Source of the DNA: an uncultured Deferribacteres bacterium
GTDB lineage: Bacteria; Zhuqueibacterota; JdFR-76; DREG01
NCBI GenBank assembly: GCA_913009825.1
Contig: CAJVYQ010000002.1
Location: forward strand, 82,675-146,674
Length of the DNA stretch: 64,000 nt
Reading direction: 5' to 3'
Below the pieces are notes generated by a model that saw nothing but the letters and a program-made list of their open reading frames with translations, was not told the origin of the DNA and searched no databases. The translations under genes and the position numbers were made by a program. Of this stretch, positions 40,306 through 50,070 are shown piece by piece; the stretch's first letter is position 1, and each line of letters begins with the position of its first letter.

Positions 40306-40488
40306 AGGCACACGTTCGCTTCTCATTTGCTGCAAAAAGGTGTTTCGCTTTATATCGTCTCAAAGTTATTAGACCACAGTGATATTAAGACCACAGAAAT
40401 TTACGCTCATTTAGCCCCTCAGACTTTTAATGATGTGGTTAGATTATTGAATGATGGGGAGATGAAGTTGGGGGTGAGTAAGACATAA
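40306..40488 (+). pseudogene. tyrosine recombinase/integrase C-terminal remnant (last ~60 codons only)
   Basis: It translates to [48 protein letters not shown]..., the integrase catalytic box II with the nucleophilic Tyr. An in-frame TAG stop immediately precedes it. It directly abuts the tRNA-Arg 3' end. Confidence 0.7.
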
Positions 40489-40589
40489 AGTAACACGTTT
40501 GAATTTTTTCTTGACATATAATTTTTTTCAGATTATTTTAAATTATTCAGGCAACAACTAATAAAACGAATTTTAATTGATGGTTTATC

Positions 40590-41309
40590 TTGCGAAAAAA
40601 ACTTTATTCTGATACAGAAGTTTACCCTAACTCTCCCTTAATTGAAGTTGTATGTGAGTGTAGATTTTCAGGTGATTTAAGTATAGAATGTAATAGGGAT
40701 ACGTACTTTAAGAAAATAAGAAAAGATTATCCTAATATATTAATACCACAGTTAAAAACCGGTTCAGCTTCTGCTTTAGTCCCATATCGGTTTGAAAATA
40801 AGGAGAAAAATTCTGGAATCATGCTATCTATTGATAGATTTTCCTATTATACCAGAAAATATGAAGGACACCAAAAATTTATTAAGGAGTTTTTAAGATT
40901 ATATAATCTATTAATACAAACATTTGATATAAAAATCTTCAACAGGCTGGGATGGAGATATATAAATATTATTCCATATAGCCGGGAAGACGATTTATTG
41001 CCGGTGAATGAATTTTTTAATCTGGAAATGAACATTGCACAAAATAAAAACATCAATTTTGAAAATCTAAGTTTAGTATTTATATCTAAAATTGATGTTG
41101 GAAACATAACGACTAAAGTAGAGTCAATAATAAAAGAAAATGGTGAACAAGAAGCGTTTTTATTGGACATTGATTTTGCTTATACAAAAAATTTAAAATC
41201 TGAAAGTATAGAGAATCTTATAAAAAAAGCACACAAACAGGCAAGAGATTTTTTTGAGAATTCCATAATAGAAAAATATAGACAGTTTCTTAGAGGAGAA
41301 TCTTTATGA
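40590..41309 (+). CDS. hypothetical protein, possibly TIGR04255-like 'sporadically distributed' family (islet gene A)
   Basis: 239 aa with a TTG start. The N-terminus ...YPNSPLIEVVCECRF resembles, from memory, the conserved N-terminal motif of the TIGR04255 family. GC content is ~30%, much lower than its surroundings. Confidence 0.45.
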   Translation: MRKKLYSDTEVYPNSPLIEVVCECRFSGDLSIECNRDTYFKKIRKDYPNILIPQLKTGSASALVPYRFENKEKNSGIMLSIDRFSYYTRKYEGHQKFIKEFLRLYNLLIQTFDIKIFNRLGWRYINIIPYSREDDLLPVNEFFNLEMNIAQNKNINFENLSLVFISKIDVGNITTKVESIIKENGEQEAFLLDIDFAYTKNLKSESIENLIKKAHKQARDFFENSIIEKYRQFLRGESL

Positions 41310-41728
41310 ACGACACCATCGTTCAGGAAACCTATAATATCGTTGAAGAACTAAAAAGTTATCCACCACCATTTAAGATGAACAGATATAATTCTGTAAG
41401 TACAACTTCAGATTTTATTCCTGCTAATTACATGAAGGTAAAAAACATCTTTACTTTACCCAAGTGGGTTTTTAAAAGTTTAGATGTTTGTATAAAATCA
41501 AGAGTACCAATTGAAATTGTTCTAAAACGAGAAACAGAACTATTTACTGCCGAAAATGAAAATTTAAACATTTATGCTTTGGGGACAACCGCCCAGGAAG
41601 CAATTGACGAATTTAATAAGCATATAATCTTTCTGTTTCATCATTATAAAAACGCTGAGAGAGAAAAACTAACCGGCAGAGCAATTGAATTAAAAAATAT
41701 TTTTGAAGAAAAATTCTTTGAAGTGTAA
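41306..41728 (+). CDS. HicB-like (UPF0150/RNase H-like) putative antitoxin (islet gene B)
   Basis: 140 aa. The C-terminal half PIEIVLKRETELFTAENENLNIYALGTTAQEAIDEFNKHI fits the HicB pattern (..V.IE.DE.GGY.A....L.GC.SQG.T.EEA..N..EAI). The start overlaps the gene A stop (ATGA). Confidence 0.4.
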   Translation: MNDTIVQETYNIVEELKSYPPPFKMNRYNSVSTTSDFIPANYMKVKNIFTLPKWVFKSLDVCIKSRVPIEIVLKRETELFTAENENLNIYALGTTAQEAIDEFNKHIIFLFHHYKNAEREKLTGRAIELKNIFEEKFFEV

Positions 41729-41731
41729 TAG

Positions 41732-42025
41732 ATGAATATTAACAGGAGATTGGCTCAAAAAAGCTTATCAAAAAAAGGTTTTCGGAAAGACAAATCAAGA
41801 GACCATGTTTATTACTTCCATGAATACAAAGGAAAAGAATCGGGTATTTTTACTTATGTTTCACATTCTACAAAATTCCGAGATTTAACCAGAGACATAT
41901 TATCTAAAATTAAAAAGGAACTTAGACTTAACACCAATTTGGAAGTATATAATTTTCTTACCTGCCCAATGGATGAAAATGAATATAATCGTATTTTAAT
42001 TGAAAGAGGGATTTTAAAGCTCTAA
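41732..42025 (+). CDS. HicA/YcfA-like putative mRNA-interferase toxin (islet gene C)
   Basis: 97 aa. LSKKGFRKDKSRDHVYYFHEYKGKESGIFTYVSHSTKFRDLTRDILSKIKKEL resembles the HicA pattern (GF......HH.Y.H.......T.P.H....I..G....ILKQAGL). It lies 3 nt after gene B. Confidence 0.35.
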   Translation: MNINRRLAQKSLSKKGFRKDKSRDHVYYFHEYKGKESGIFTYVSHSTKFRDLTRDILSKIKKELRLNTNLEVYNFLTCPMDENEYNRILIERGILKL

Positions 42026-42156
42026 ACATTTCCATCAAAATGTTACCAAAACATTACCAGTTTACAATTCAAACATATAAAGCTCAACAAAAGTAAATCT
42101 AAATAATTCTTTGTTTTTTCAGAAGGTTGCGTTATCTCACAACAGGGTTTTAAATT

Positions 42157-42212
42157 ACTTCGGATCAGAGGAGTGGGAATTCGAGTCCTCCCGGGCGCGT
42201 TTAAGAAAAACA
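42157..42212 (+). repeat. imperfect direct repeat of the tRNA-Arg(TCG) 3' half (attR-like) closing the islet
   Basis: acttcggatcagag-gagtgggaattcgagtcctcccgggcgcgtttaagaaaaaca aligns with acttcggatcagagggttgggggttcgaatcctcccgggcgcgcttaagaaaaaca at 40241-40296, at about 85% identity. Confidence 0.7.
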
Positions 42213-42479
42213 TGAATTTAAGCCTGATTTTTTTCGGGCTTTTTTTATTCCCCCCGGTAGTGTCAAATGAGTCATTTTACATGTTTTCACATCTGTATTT
42301 TCATATTAGCCATATTTCATTCTGCACATACTTGACCCCGGGGGAACCCGGGCGCCAAAATTTTACGTAAAAACAAAAAATTGTTATACTCATTACTTAT
42401 CGGTTTTATCTTGATTTCCATGCGTTCGCCTTGTAAATTATTTCAGATAATATTTATGCAATTTAAAAGAAAAGGATAA

Positions 42480-44711
<2,232 letters not shown>

Positions 44712-44892
44712 AACCGTGGAGATTGTCATCAATCGATAAGGTTTGGAAATTTTTCTCCCGGGCAATTCGCAAATTTGAAAAGACTCTTTTCGTTGAATCC
44801 GCGTCACCGGATCAACAAATTTACCGGGAAAGGAATCTGAGTTTTTGCAGGATGTGTTTTTTCAGAGGAATTTCGCAGGGCGAAAATATATT

Positions 44893-44930
44893 GTCGGGGC
44901 AGAAGTTCGACCCCTGCCCCTTTGGTTTTA
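44893..44930. terminator. bidirectional rho-independent terminator between convergent icd and the M14-like gene
   Basis: The GC stem GGGGCAG...CTGCCCC is followed by TTTGGTTTT on the + strand. There is an A/T-rich tract on the other side. Confidence 0.6.
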
Positions 44931-44939
44931 ATTTCTTTT

Positions 44940-46106
44940 CTACTCAAAAACAACGCGCTTAGAATTTGCTTTTTTCGGATCGTGTAAATATGTTCCTATA
45001 CCTTTTTCGATGACCTCGGCGTACCGGGGAATGTTGCGACAAACCAACGGTTTTTTGGGATGATCTTCTGTCCAGCTTTCCATGGTTTGCAAAATCGTTG
45101 ATGTGTGCCGGCCAACGCGAACATCGATGGGCCAACCGTTCTCATCGATTTTTTCAAATAACAAGCCATGTTCGCCCGCTTTCATTACAAATGCATCTTT
45201 ACCGGTCAATAATTGTTCCCGTGTGGTTTTTCCTCTGGTTGCGTCTAAAAAAGGTTCCGGAGCTTCAAACAGAAGAGAAATGGCGTTAGAATAGTCCCCA
45301 ACTTCCCGATGTGACAAACCATGAAGGTTTTTGGGTGAAAATTCCGTGCCAATATTAAATCCTTCCATATCTGTCAGCATCATGGAAACCATAGTTGCCA
45401 ATTCCTGGCCTTTCTCGTGGGTAACAATTGTGCTGATGACCGGATATTGAAGTTCTGCTTCATGGAGATCGATGAAAATATCCACGTTCTCTTTCCGGAT
45501 TAATTCCATGAAGGCATAAGTTGTTTTTTCAGTTAAGGTGCCGTTGGGTCGGCCCGGCCAGGTACGGTTCAGATTTCTGATATCCACATAAGCCAGATTT
45601 TGATTGCTTGGGTAGTGAATATAAACTTCCGGATCCGGCCATTGATCCAACGGATTGGACCACCGGTCACCCATGCGAAATTTTTGTCCACCCCAGGCGG
45701 TGGGAATAGTGAAATCCGGAGGATAACCCCCACCGATTCGGGTGACGGTAGATGCGCTTCGGTTTGCACTGAGAACCACAATCAGCCTGCCCTTTTCCAT
45801 CACCGCATTTTCGGCAAACAGCCAGGGTGCAAGGCGGCCGGCGGGTTCTTCCGGGTGGGTTCCGCCGAGAATCATCAACGTTGCCCCTTTTTCTTTACCC
45901 TCAAAAAAATAGATGTGACAATCGTCAGTGCTTCCCTTTATGGCAGGAAAGTAATCGCTCAACCGTTTCACTGTCGACACACCCGGACTCAGGACAACCG
46001 GTTCTTTCAGATGTCGGCTCTGATAAAAGCTAATTCCGGCCGGAATAAAGAGGATCAAACCAATTGCACTAAAAATTATTTTGCGTATTGCGGAAATGTT
46101 CATTTC
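44940..46106 (-). CDS. zinc hydrolase of the M14 carboxypeptidase / succinylglutamate desuccinylase-aspartoacylase superfamily, membrane anchored
   Basis: An N-terminal TM helix is present. The HxxE zinc motif (GGTHPEEPAG) and a downstream IDLHEAE histidine match the zinc ligands of this superfamily. Start taken at MNISAIRK (46106). The ORF extends to 46184. Confidence 0.45.
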   Translation of the reverse strand, partial: EMNISAIRKIIFSAIGLILFIPAGISFYQSRHLKEPVVLSPGVSTVKRLSDYFPAIKGSTDDCHIYFFEGKEKGATLMILGGTHPEEPAGRLAPWLFAENAVMEKGRLIVVLSANRSASTVTRIGGGYPPDFTIPTAWGGQKFRMGDRWSNPLDQWPDPEVYIHYPSNQNLAYVDIRNLNRTWPGRPNGTLTEKTTYAFMELIRKENVDIFIDLHEAELQYPVISTIVTHEKGQELATMVSMMLTDMEGFNIGTEFSPKNLHGLSHREVGDYSNAISLLFEAPEPFLDATRGKTTREQLLTGKDAFVMKAGEHGLLFEKIDENGWPIDVRVGRHTSTILQTMESWTEDHPKKPLVCRNIPRYAEVIEKGIGTYLHDPKKANSKRVVFE

Positions 46107-46114
46107 TACGCTTC

Positions 46115-46279
46115 CTATTTCAATCTGAACAACCGTAAAAGAAAGGGAATTAAAACAATGATGTAAAGAATTTCTTTTTCCCATGTTTTGCTTTTGATGA
46201 GATTAAGAACTAAAATAAAAACGATATAGGCAATGAATAAATAGTAAAGAATTGTAACGATTGTGGTTAAAAAATCCAT
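46115..46279 (-). CDS. small PLD-nuclease N-terminal domain (PLDc_N-like) membrane protein, 54 aa (not in ORF track)
   Basis: The reverse-strand translation is MDFLTTIVTILYYLFIAYIVFILVLNLIKSKTWEKEILYIIVLIPFLLRLFRLK. Two TM helices flank a K...W.K loop, as in short PLDc_N proteins. Confidence 0.4.
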   Translation of the reverse strand: MDFLTTIVTILYYLFIAYIVFILVLNLIKSKTWEKEILYIIVLIPFLLRLFRLK

Positions 46280-46328
46280 ATCTATTCCCAATTTAAGCAG
46301 CGTATTAAACCGATTCCTTTATCCGGAT

Positions 46329-47621
46329 TTAAAGCCCGGTTAAAAAGCCCAAATGTTTACTAAAAATAACCATAACTGTGCCAATGATCATGATGAGCAC
46401 AGCAGGGACGATACATGTTTTCAGAAATTTGGTATAGGAATCTTCATATCCAACTACCTGAACCGTTAATCTGCCAATGATGGCGGTTGGCGGTAAAGCG
46501 TCTCCCAATGGCCAGATTACGCTTAGTCCGGCTAAGGCAACGATGGGGTTCAAGCCAATTGTATTGAACAACAAAACCAAAGGTACCCCAATCACCGGGG
46601 CGGCGCCATACATTAGAATGGCTTCAGAAACCGGCATCATTAAAAAGAGACCGGCAAAAACCAAAGTTACCGGCAGAGTAACCGCTGTTACTGCCAGCAA
46701 ACCGCGAACTCCTGTTAAAGTCATTATTTGAATCAATATTCCTACCGCGGTTAGTGTACCGATAAGCGGCAGTAGCTGTTCAATAGTATCGCGGGAAATT
46801 TTGATAAAATTCAATTTTACCGGTGAAAGCAAAAATGAGGTAAGTGCGGCAAATAAAAACATCAAAGGTAATCCGATTATCGGCGTGGAATGGGGCCACT
46901 GCCGGCCCATAAAAATAAAAAATAGAAACACAAAAAACGGCAGGATTACTTTAAACCAGTTCATTTTATCCGGCGGCAAAGGAAGTTCCTGTAGCGCTTT
47001 TTCGATATTTGTGTCCTCTCCTTTCCACCCCAGCAGAAAAATAGTAATCAATGCTGCAACTACACAGGGGATCAGCAACGGCATAAAAAATCCGACGTAT
47101 GGCATATTAACACCTGCTGCTGTCATCATAGCCCAAAGACTGACGGGTGGCGCCGCTGCGCTTAAACCGGCAATGATAAAAATGATGGCGGCGGTTTTAG
47201 ATTTTGAAATTCCCATATAGTTTAAAACAACGGCAACCATGCCACCGGTAATCAAAACCGTAACACTGCCGGCTCCGGTAAGTGCTCCCGGTACCAGCAG
47301 CAAAAAAGTTAGCAAAATTAATAATAGCGCTCTGTTCTTATGAAACTTTTTTAAAATACCACGCACAACAAAGGCAATACCACCGGATTCTTTTAGAATA
47401 TTCATAAATAAAGTGGCGGTGATGAAAATCAGGTTTATATCCAGGTATGTGATGGAACCTTCTGCAATCTGACGTGGCGGAATACCAAAACCACCGGCAA
47501 GGCTGCCGGCCAGTGCGGCTGCCAACATAGAAAGTTCGGTGGAAATTTTAAAAATTTTTGCGAGAATGTAGACCAAAACCATGACGCCGAGAATGATCTC
47601 GGTATATGTAAACATATTCAC
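46329..47621 (-). CDS. TRAP-DctM-like / ion-transporter-superfamily permease
   Basis: 430 aa with ~12 TM helices. FITATLFMNILKESGGIAFVVRGILKKF...GALTGAGSVTVLITGGMVAVVL resembles the DctM pattern F.LAGEIMNRGGI..RL...A..LVG...GGLA.V...S.LF.GISGS. Confidence 0.45.
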   Translation of the reverse strand: MNMFTYTEIILGVMVLVYILAKIFKISTELSMLAAALAGSLAGGFGIPPRQIAEGSITYLDINLIFITATLFMNILKESGGIAFVVRGILKKFHKNRALLLILLTFLLLVPGALTGAGSVTVLITGGMVAVVLNYMGISKSKTAAIIFIIAGLSAAAPPVSLWAMMTAAGVNMPYVGFFMPLLIPCVVAALITIFLLGWKGEDTNIEKALQELPLPPDKMNWFKVILPFFVFLFFIFMGRQWPHSTPIIGLPLMFLFAALTSFLLSPVKLNFIKISRDTIEQLLPLIGTLTAVGILIQIMTLTGVRGLLAVTAVTLPVTLVFAGLFLMMPVSEAILMYGAAPVIGVPLVLLFNTIGLNPIVALAGLSVIWPLGDALPPTAIIGRLTVQVVGYEDSYTKFLKTCIVPAVLIMIIGTVMVIFSKHLGFLTGL

Positions 47622-47632
47622 CGATTCGGTTC

Positions 47633-48235
47633 CTATTTTTGATAAAGTTTTTTAAGAACGTTCCCCAATTCCATGTTTTTTTCGAAAAGAATCACAGGAA
47701 TTTTTTTTACTTTTGAAATAGTAGTAAATCTGCCATCTTCATCCCCGTCTTTGCGGACAATGAGCAGATCGGATTGGGGACAAACAACATCGATGGAAAG
47801 CTCATCAGAATTATCACCTGCAGCGGCGCCCTGTGATCTCCTGGCCATTCCTTCGATGTGCGACCCAATAATCATAATTCCCTCTTTTTTCGCCTCGGCC
47901 ATCAATTTTTTAATGCGTTTCAGTTCATCATCAATAGAAATTCCAGCAGCTCCCATTCCTTTCAGGCTGGCGCCGGTGACAATTATAAGAGATTTAAAAG
48001 GTTTTCCGGCTTTTTTTTTGGCGATGAGGTCTTCGGCGGTTGCCTGTAAATTATATTCATAATCGAATTTTAACCGTTTCATAAAAATTTTCATTTTTAT
48101 CGGACCCGGACTTTGGCCGCAGGATGTGATCAAAACAGGCAATTCAGCTTTTTTCTGCTTTTCCTGGGAAAATAAGGGTTGCAGGAGTGCAAGCAAAAAA
48201 AAGGTTGTAAGAAGGATTGTTGTTTTATTTACCAT
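47633..48235 (-). CDS. secreted/lipoprotein of unknown function, co-transcribed with the permease
   Basis: 200 aa. It has a signal peptide. The soluble domain is K/E-rich. It is 11 nt upstream of the permease gene on the same strand. Confidence 0.35.
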   Translation of the reverse strand: MVNKTTILLTTFFLLALLQPLFSQEKQKKAELPVLITSCGQSPGPIKMKIFMKRLKFDYEYNLQATAEDLIAKKKAGKPFKSLIIVTGASLKGMGAAGISIDDELKRIKKLMAEAKKEGIMIIGSHIEGMARRSQGAAAGDNSDELSIDVVCPQSDLLIVRKDGDEDGRFTTISKVKKIPVILFEKNMELGNVLKKLYQK

Positions 48236-48557
48236 TTCTATCTCCTTTCTTTAATATTTTGCGTTTCTGACTTAATCATTATAAAATTCAGGGAATCGAA
48301 AAGGTTCAATTTAATTATCTGAGACCCGGTTTTTTTACTAAACTTATTTTACTAAAATTATTTACAAATGCAAGAGGAAAAAGATAGGCTACCCGAAAAC
48401 GAAAAATATTTTTCACAAGAATTGCATAAAAAATATTTTGTGCTACTGTTTTGCTCATTATTTGCCAAAAAGGCTTGATTTTTTTTTATTATTGCCTTAA
48501 CTTTTAAAGTCTGAATTGAATAGGCTCATTGATAAGGATTTTTGTTTGCTTTTGAGC

Positions 48558-48613
48558 GGCGCATTCGTTTAGTGGCTTGGGACGTCCCGTTCAAACGGGA
48601 TAACACGGGTTCG
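48558..48613 (+). pseudogene. tRNA-Glu-like 5' fragment (truncated tRNA pseudogene)
   Basis: GGCGCATTCGTTTAGTGGCTTGGGACG... is near-identical to the 5' half of the downstream tRNA-Glu. The anticodon loop is only 6 nt. There is no complementary T-arm or acceptor 3' strand. Confidence 0.5.
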
Positions 48614-48694
48614 CAAAACATAGCGAATTTTCAATGGATGAAAGGATGCCCGGCAAACAAAACAGATCGATGGACTAAGATTTTGGTTTATAAT

Positions 48695-48767
48695 GGCGCA
48701 TTCGTCTAGTGGCCTAGGACGCCGGCCTCTCACGTCGGTAACACGGGTTCGACTCCCGTATGCGCTA
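48695..48767 (+). tRNA. tRNA-Glu (anticodon CTC)
   Basis: GGCGCATTCGTCTAGTGGCCTAGGAC is a Glu-type D-arm. The anticodon stem-loop is CCGGC-CTCTCAC-GTCGG. The T-arm is ACGGG-TTCGACT-CCCGT. The acceptor stem has a G1-U72 wobble. Confidence 0.7.
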
Positions 48768-48777
48768 CAAATATTTT

Positions 48778-48851
48778 GCGCCCGTCGCTCAACTGGATAG
48801 AGCATCTGACTACGGATCAGAAGGTTAGAGGTTCGAATCCTCTCGGGCGTA
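48778..48851 (+). tRNA. tRNA-Arg (anticodon ACG)
   Basis: GCGCCCGTCGCTCAACTGGATAGAGC is present. The anticodon stem-loop is TCTGA-CTACGGA-TCAGA. The T-arm is AGAGG-TTCGAAT-CCTCT. The discriminator is A. Confidence 0.75.
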
Positions 48852-48863
48852 CTTGAAGTAACT

Positions 48864-49337
48864 ATGATGAATAGTGAAGATCAACATAACAAATGGATGC
48901 GCGAGGCTTTTCGTGAAGCCGTGAAGGCGTATAAAGAAGGTGAGGTTCCTGTAGGCGCTGTTGTTGTGTTGCATAGTCGCATCATAGGCAGGGGACATAA
49001 CAGAGTGGAAGCGTTACAGGATGCCACGGCACATGCGGAAATTCTGGCATTAACGGCGGCATTCAATACTCTGTCATCGTGGCGGTTGGATGATGCCGTG
49101 CTTTATGTCACTCTTGAGCCGTGTGTGATGTGTGCCGGAGCGATCATGAACGCCAGAATCAATCGGATTGTTTTTGGCACGTTTGATTCGAGAGCCGGCG
49201 CCTGCGGGTCACGGTTCAATTTGCCGGAAGATCCCAGGAGTTTATTTAATGTTGATATTACCTCCGGGATTATGGCACTGCAGTGTAGTAAGATATTGCG
49301 ATCGTTTTTTCAATTGAAGAGACAGCAGCAGAATTAA
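48864..49337 (+). CDS. tadA: tRNA-specific adenosine deaminase
   Basis: The deaminase zinc motifs HAEILAL and LYVTLEPCVMCAGAI are present. 157 aa. Confidence 0.9.
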   Translation: MMNSEDQHNKWMREAFREAVKAYKEGEVPVGAVVVLHSRIIGRGHNRVEALQDATAHAEILALTAAFNTLSSWRLDDAVLYVTLEPCVMCAGAIMNARINRIVFGTFDSRAGACGSRFNLPEDPRSLFNVDITSGIMALQCSKILRSFFQLKRQQQN

Positions 49338-49398
49338 ATTTTGGTGGTTGGCGAAAGCGTTGCCAGTCACCTTATTTTATGTTGGCATAATTTTTCCG

Positions 49399-49483
49399 GG
49401 AGAGGTGTCCGAGTGGCCGAAGGAGCACGCTTGGAAAGCGTGTGTAGGATTTCTTACCGTGGGTTCGAATCCCACCCTCTCCG
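49399..49483 (+). tRNA. tRNA-Ser (anticodon GGA)
   Basis: GGAGAGGTGTCCGAGTGGCCGAAGGAG is present. The anticodon stem-loop is CACGC-TTGGAAA-GCGTG. A long variable arm and GGTTCGAATCC are present. The acceptor stem pairs with CCTCTCC plus G. Confidence 0.8.
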
Positions 49484-49578
49484 CAGGTTTTGTTCTTTGC
49501 AATTGTTCTACCGGAAGACCAATTGAAATGAATTCTACGATTTATTTTAACAGGCCTTCCATCCTTTTCGCAAACACT

Positions 49579-49651
49579 GGGGCAGTAGCTCAGTTGGGAG
49601 AGCGGTACGTTCGCAACGTATAGGCCGAGGGTTCGAGTCCCTTCTGCTCCA
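49579..49651 (+). tRNA. tRNA-Ala (anticodon CGC)
   Basis: GGGGCAGTAGCTCAGTTGGGAGAGC is present with the G3:U70 Ala identity pair. The anticodon loop is TTCGCAA. The T-arm is GAGGG-TTCGAGT-CCCTT. The discriminator is A. Confidence 0.8.
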
Positions 49652-49722
49652 CTTTTGTTATTTGACAAAAGATAGAATATGCACGGTTTATCTGGAAAGT
49701 TTTATTCTGTCTGAAAAGGTTT

Positions 49723-49995
49723 GGCTGTGCTAGACGGGGAGCTAGCGGTGCCCTGTACCTGCAATCCGCTATAGCAGGGTCGAATGCCCACATTGAGGTT
49801 CAGCCGCCCGATTTTTCTCGTTGACTTTCCGGTGATGAGAGTACAAGTCTCTCGCAATGCAAAGGTGCCCAATCCCGTCAGGACCGGGAGGTAGCAGCGG
49901 TCAGCATTCTGAACATGTGCCGGGAGGTAGCTTGTCTTGAACCGGGAGTCGATAGAGTGGATCAGGTACAGCGAATCGAAGGTGGGTGCACAGCC
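49723..49995 (+). ncRNA. ffs: signal recognition particle RNA, large (Bacillus-type, with Alu domain)
   Basis: The 5' end GGCTGTGCTAGACGGGGAGCTAGCGGTGCCCTGTACCTGCAATCCGCTATAGCAGGGTCGAATGCCC closely resembles the B. subtilis scRNA 5' Alu-domain sequence. Domain IV carries GTCAGGACCGGGAGGTAGCAGC. The 3' end GGTGGGTGCACAGCC pairs with the 5' end. It lies immediately upstream of dnaX, as in Bacillus. Confidence 0.8.
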
Positions 49996-50070
49996 ATTAT
50001 TTTTCTGTAGTTACATTCAAGTTTTTAGTATCCGTTTTTTTATTTACTTTATATGTTGAGACGATTCTTT

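Noticed and set aside
49341-49793. ORFs 49341-49526, 49348-49623, 49372-49668(-), 49590-49793(-) from the ORF track
   Set aside because: They overlap tRNA-Ser(GGA), tRNA-Ala and the SRP RNA. The RNA genes explain the sequence.
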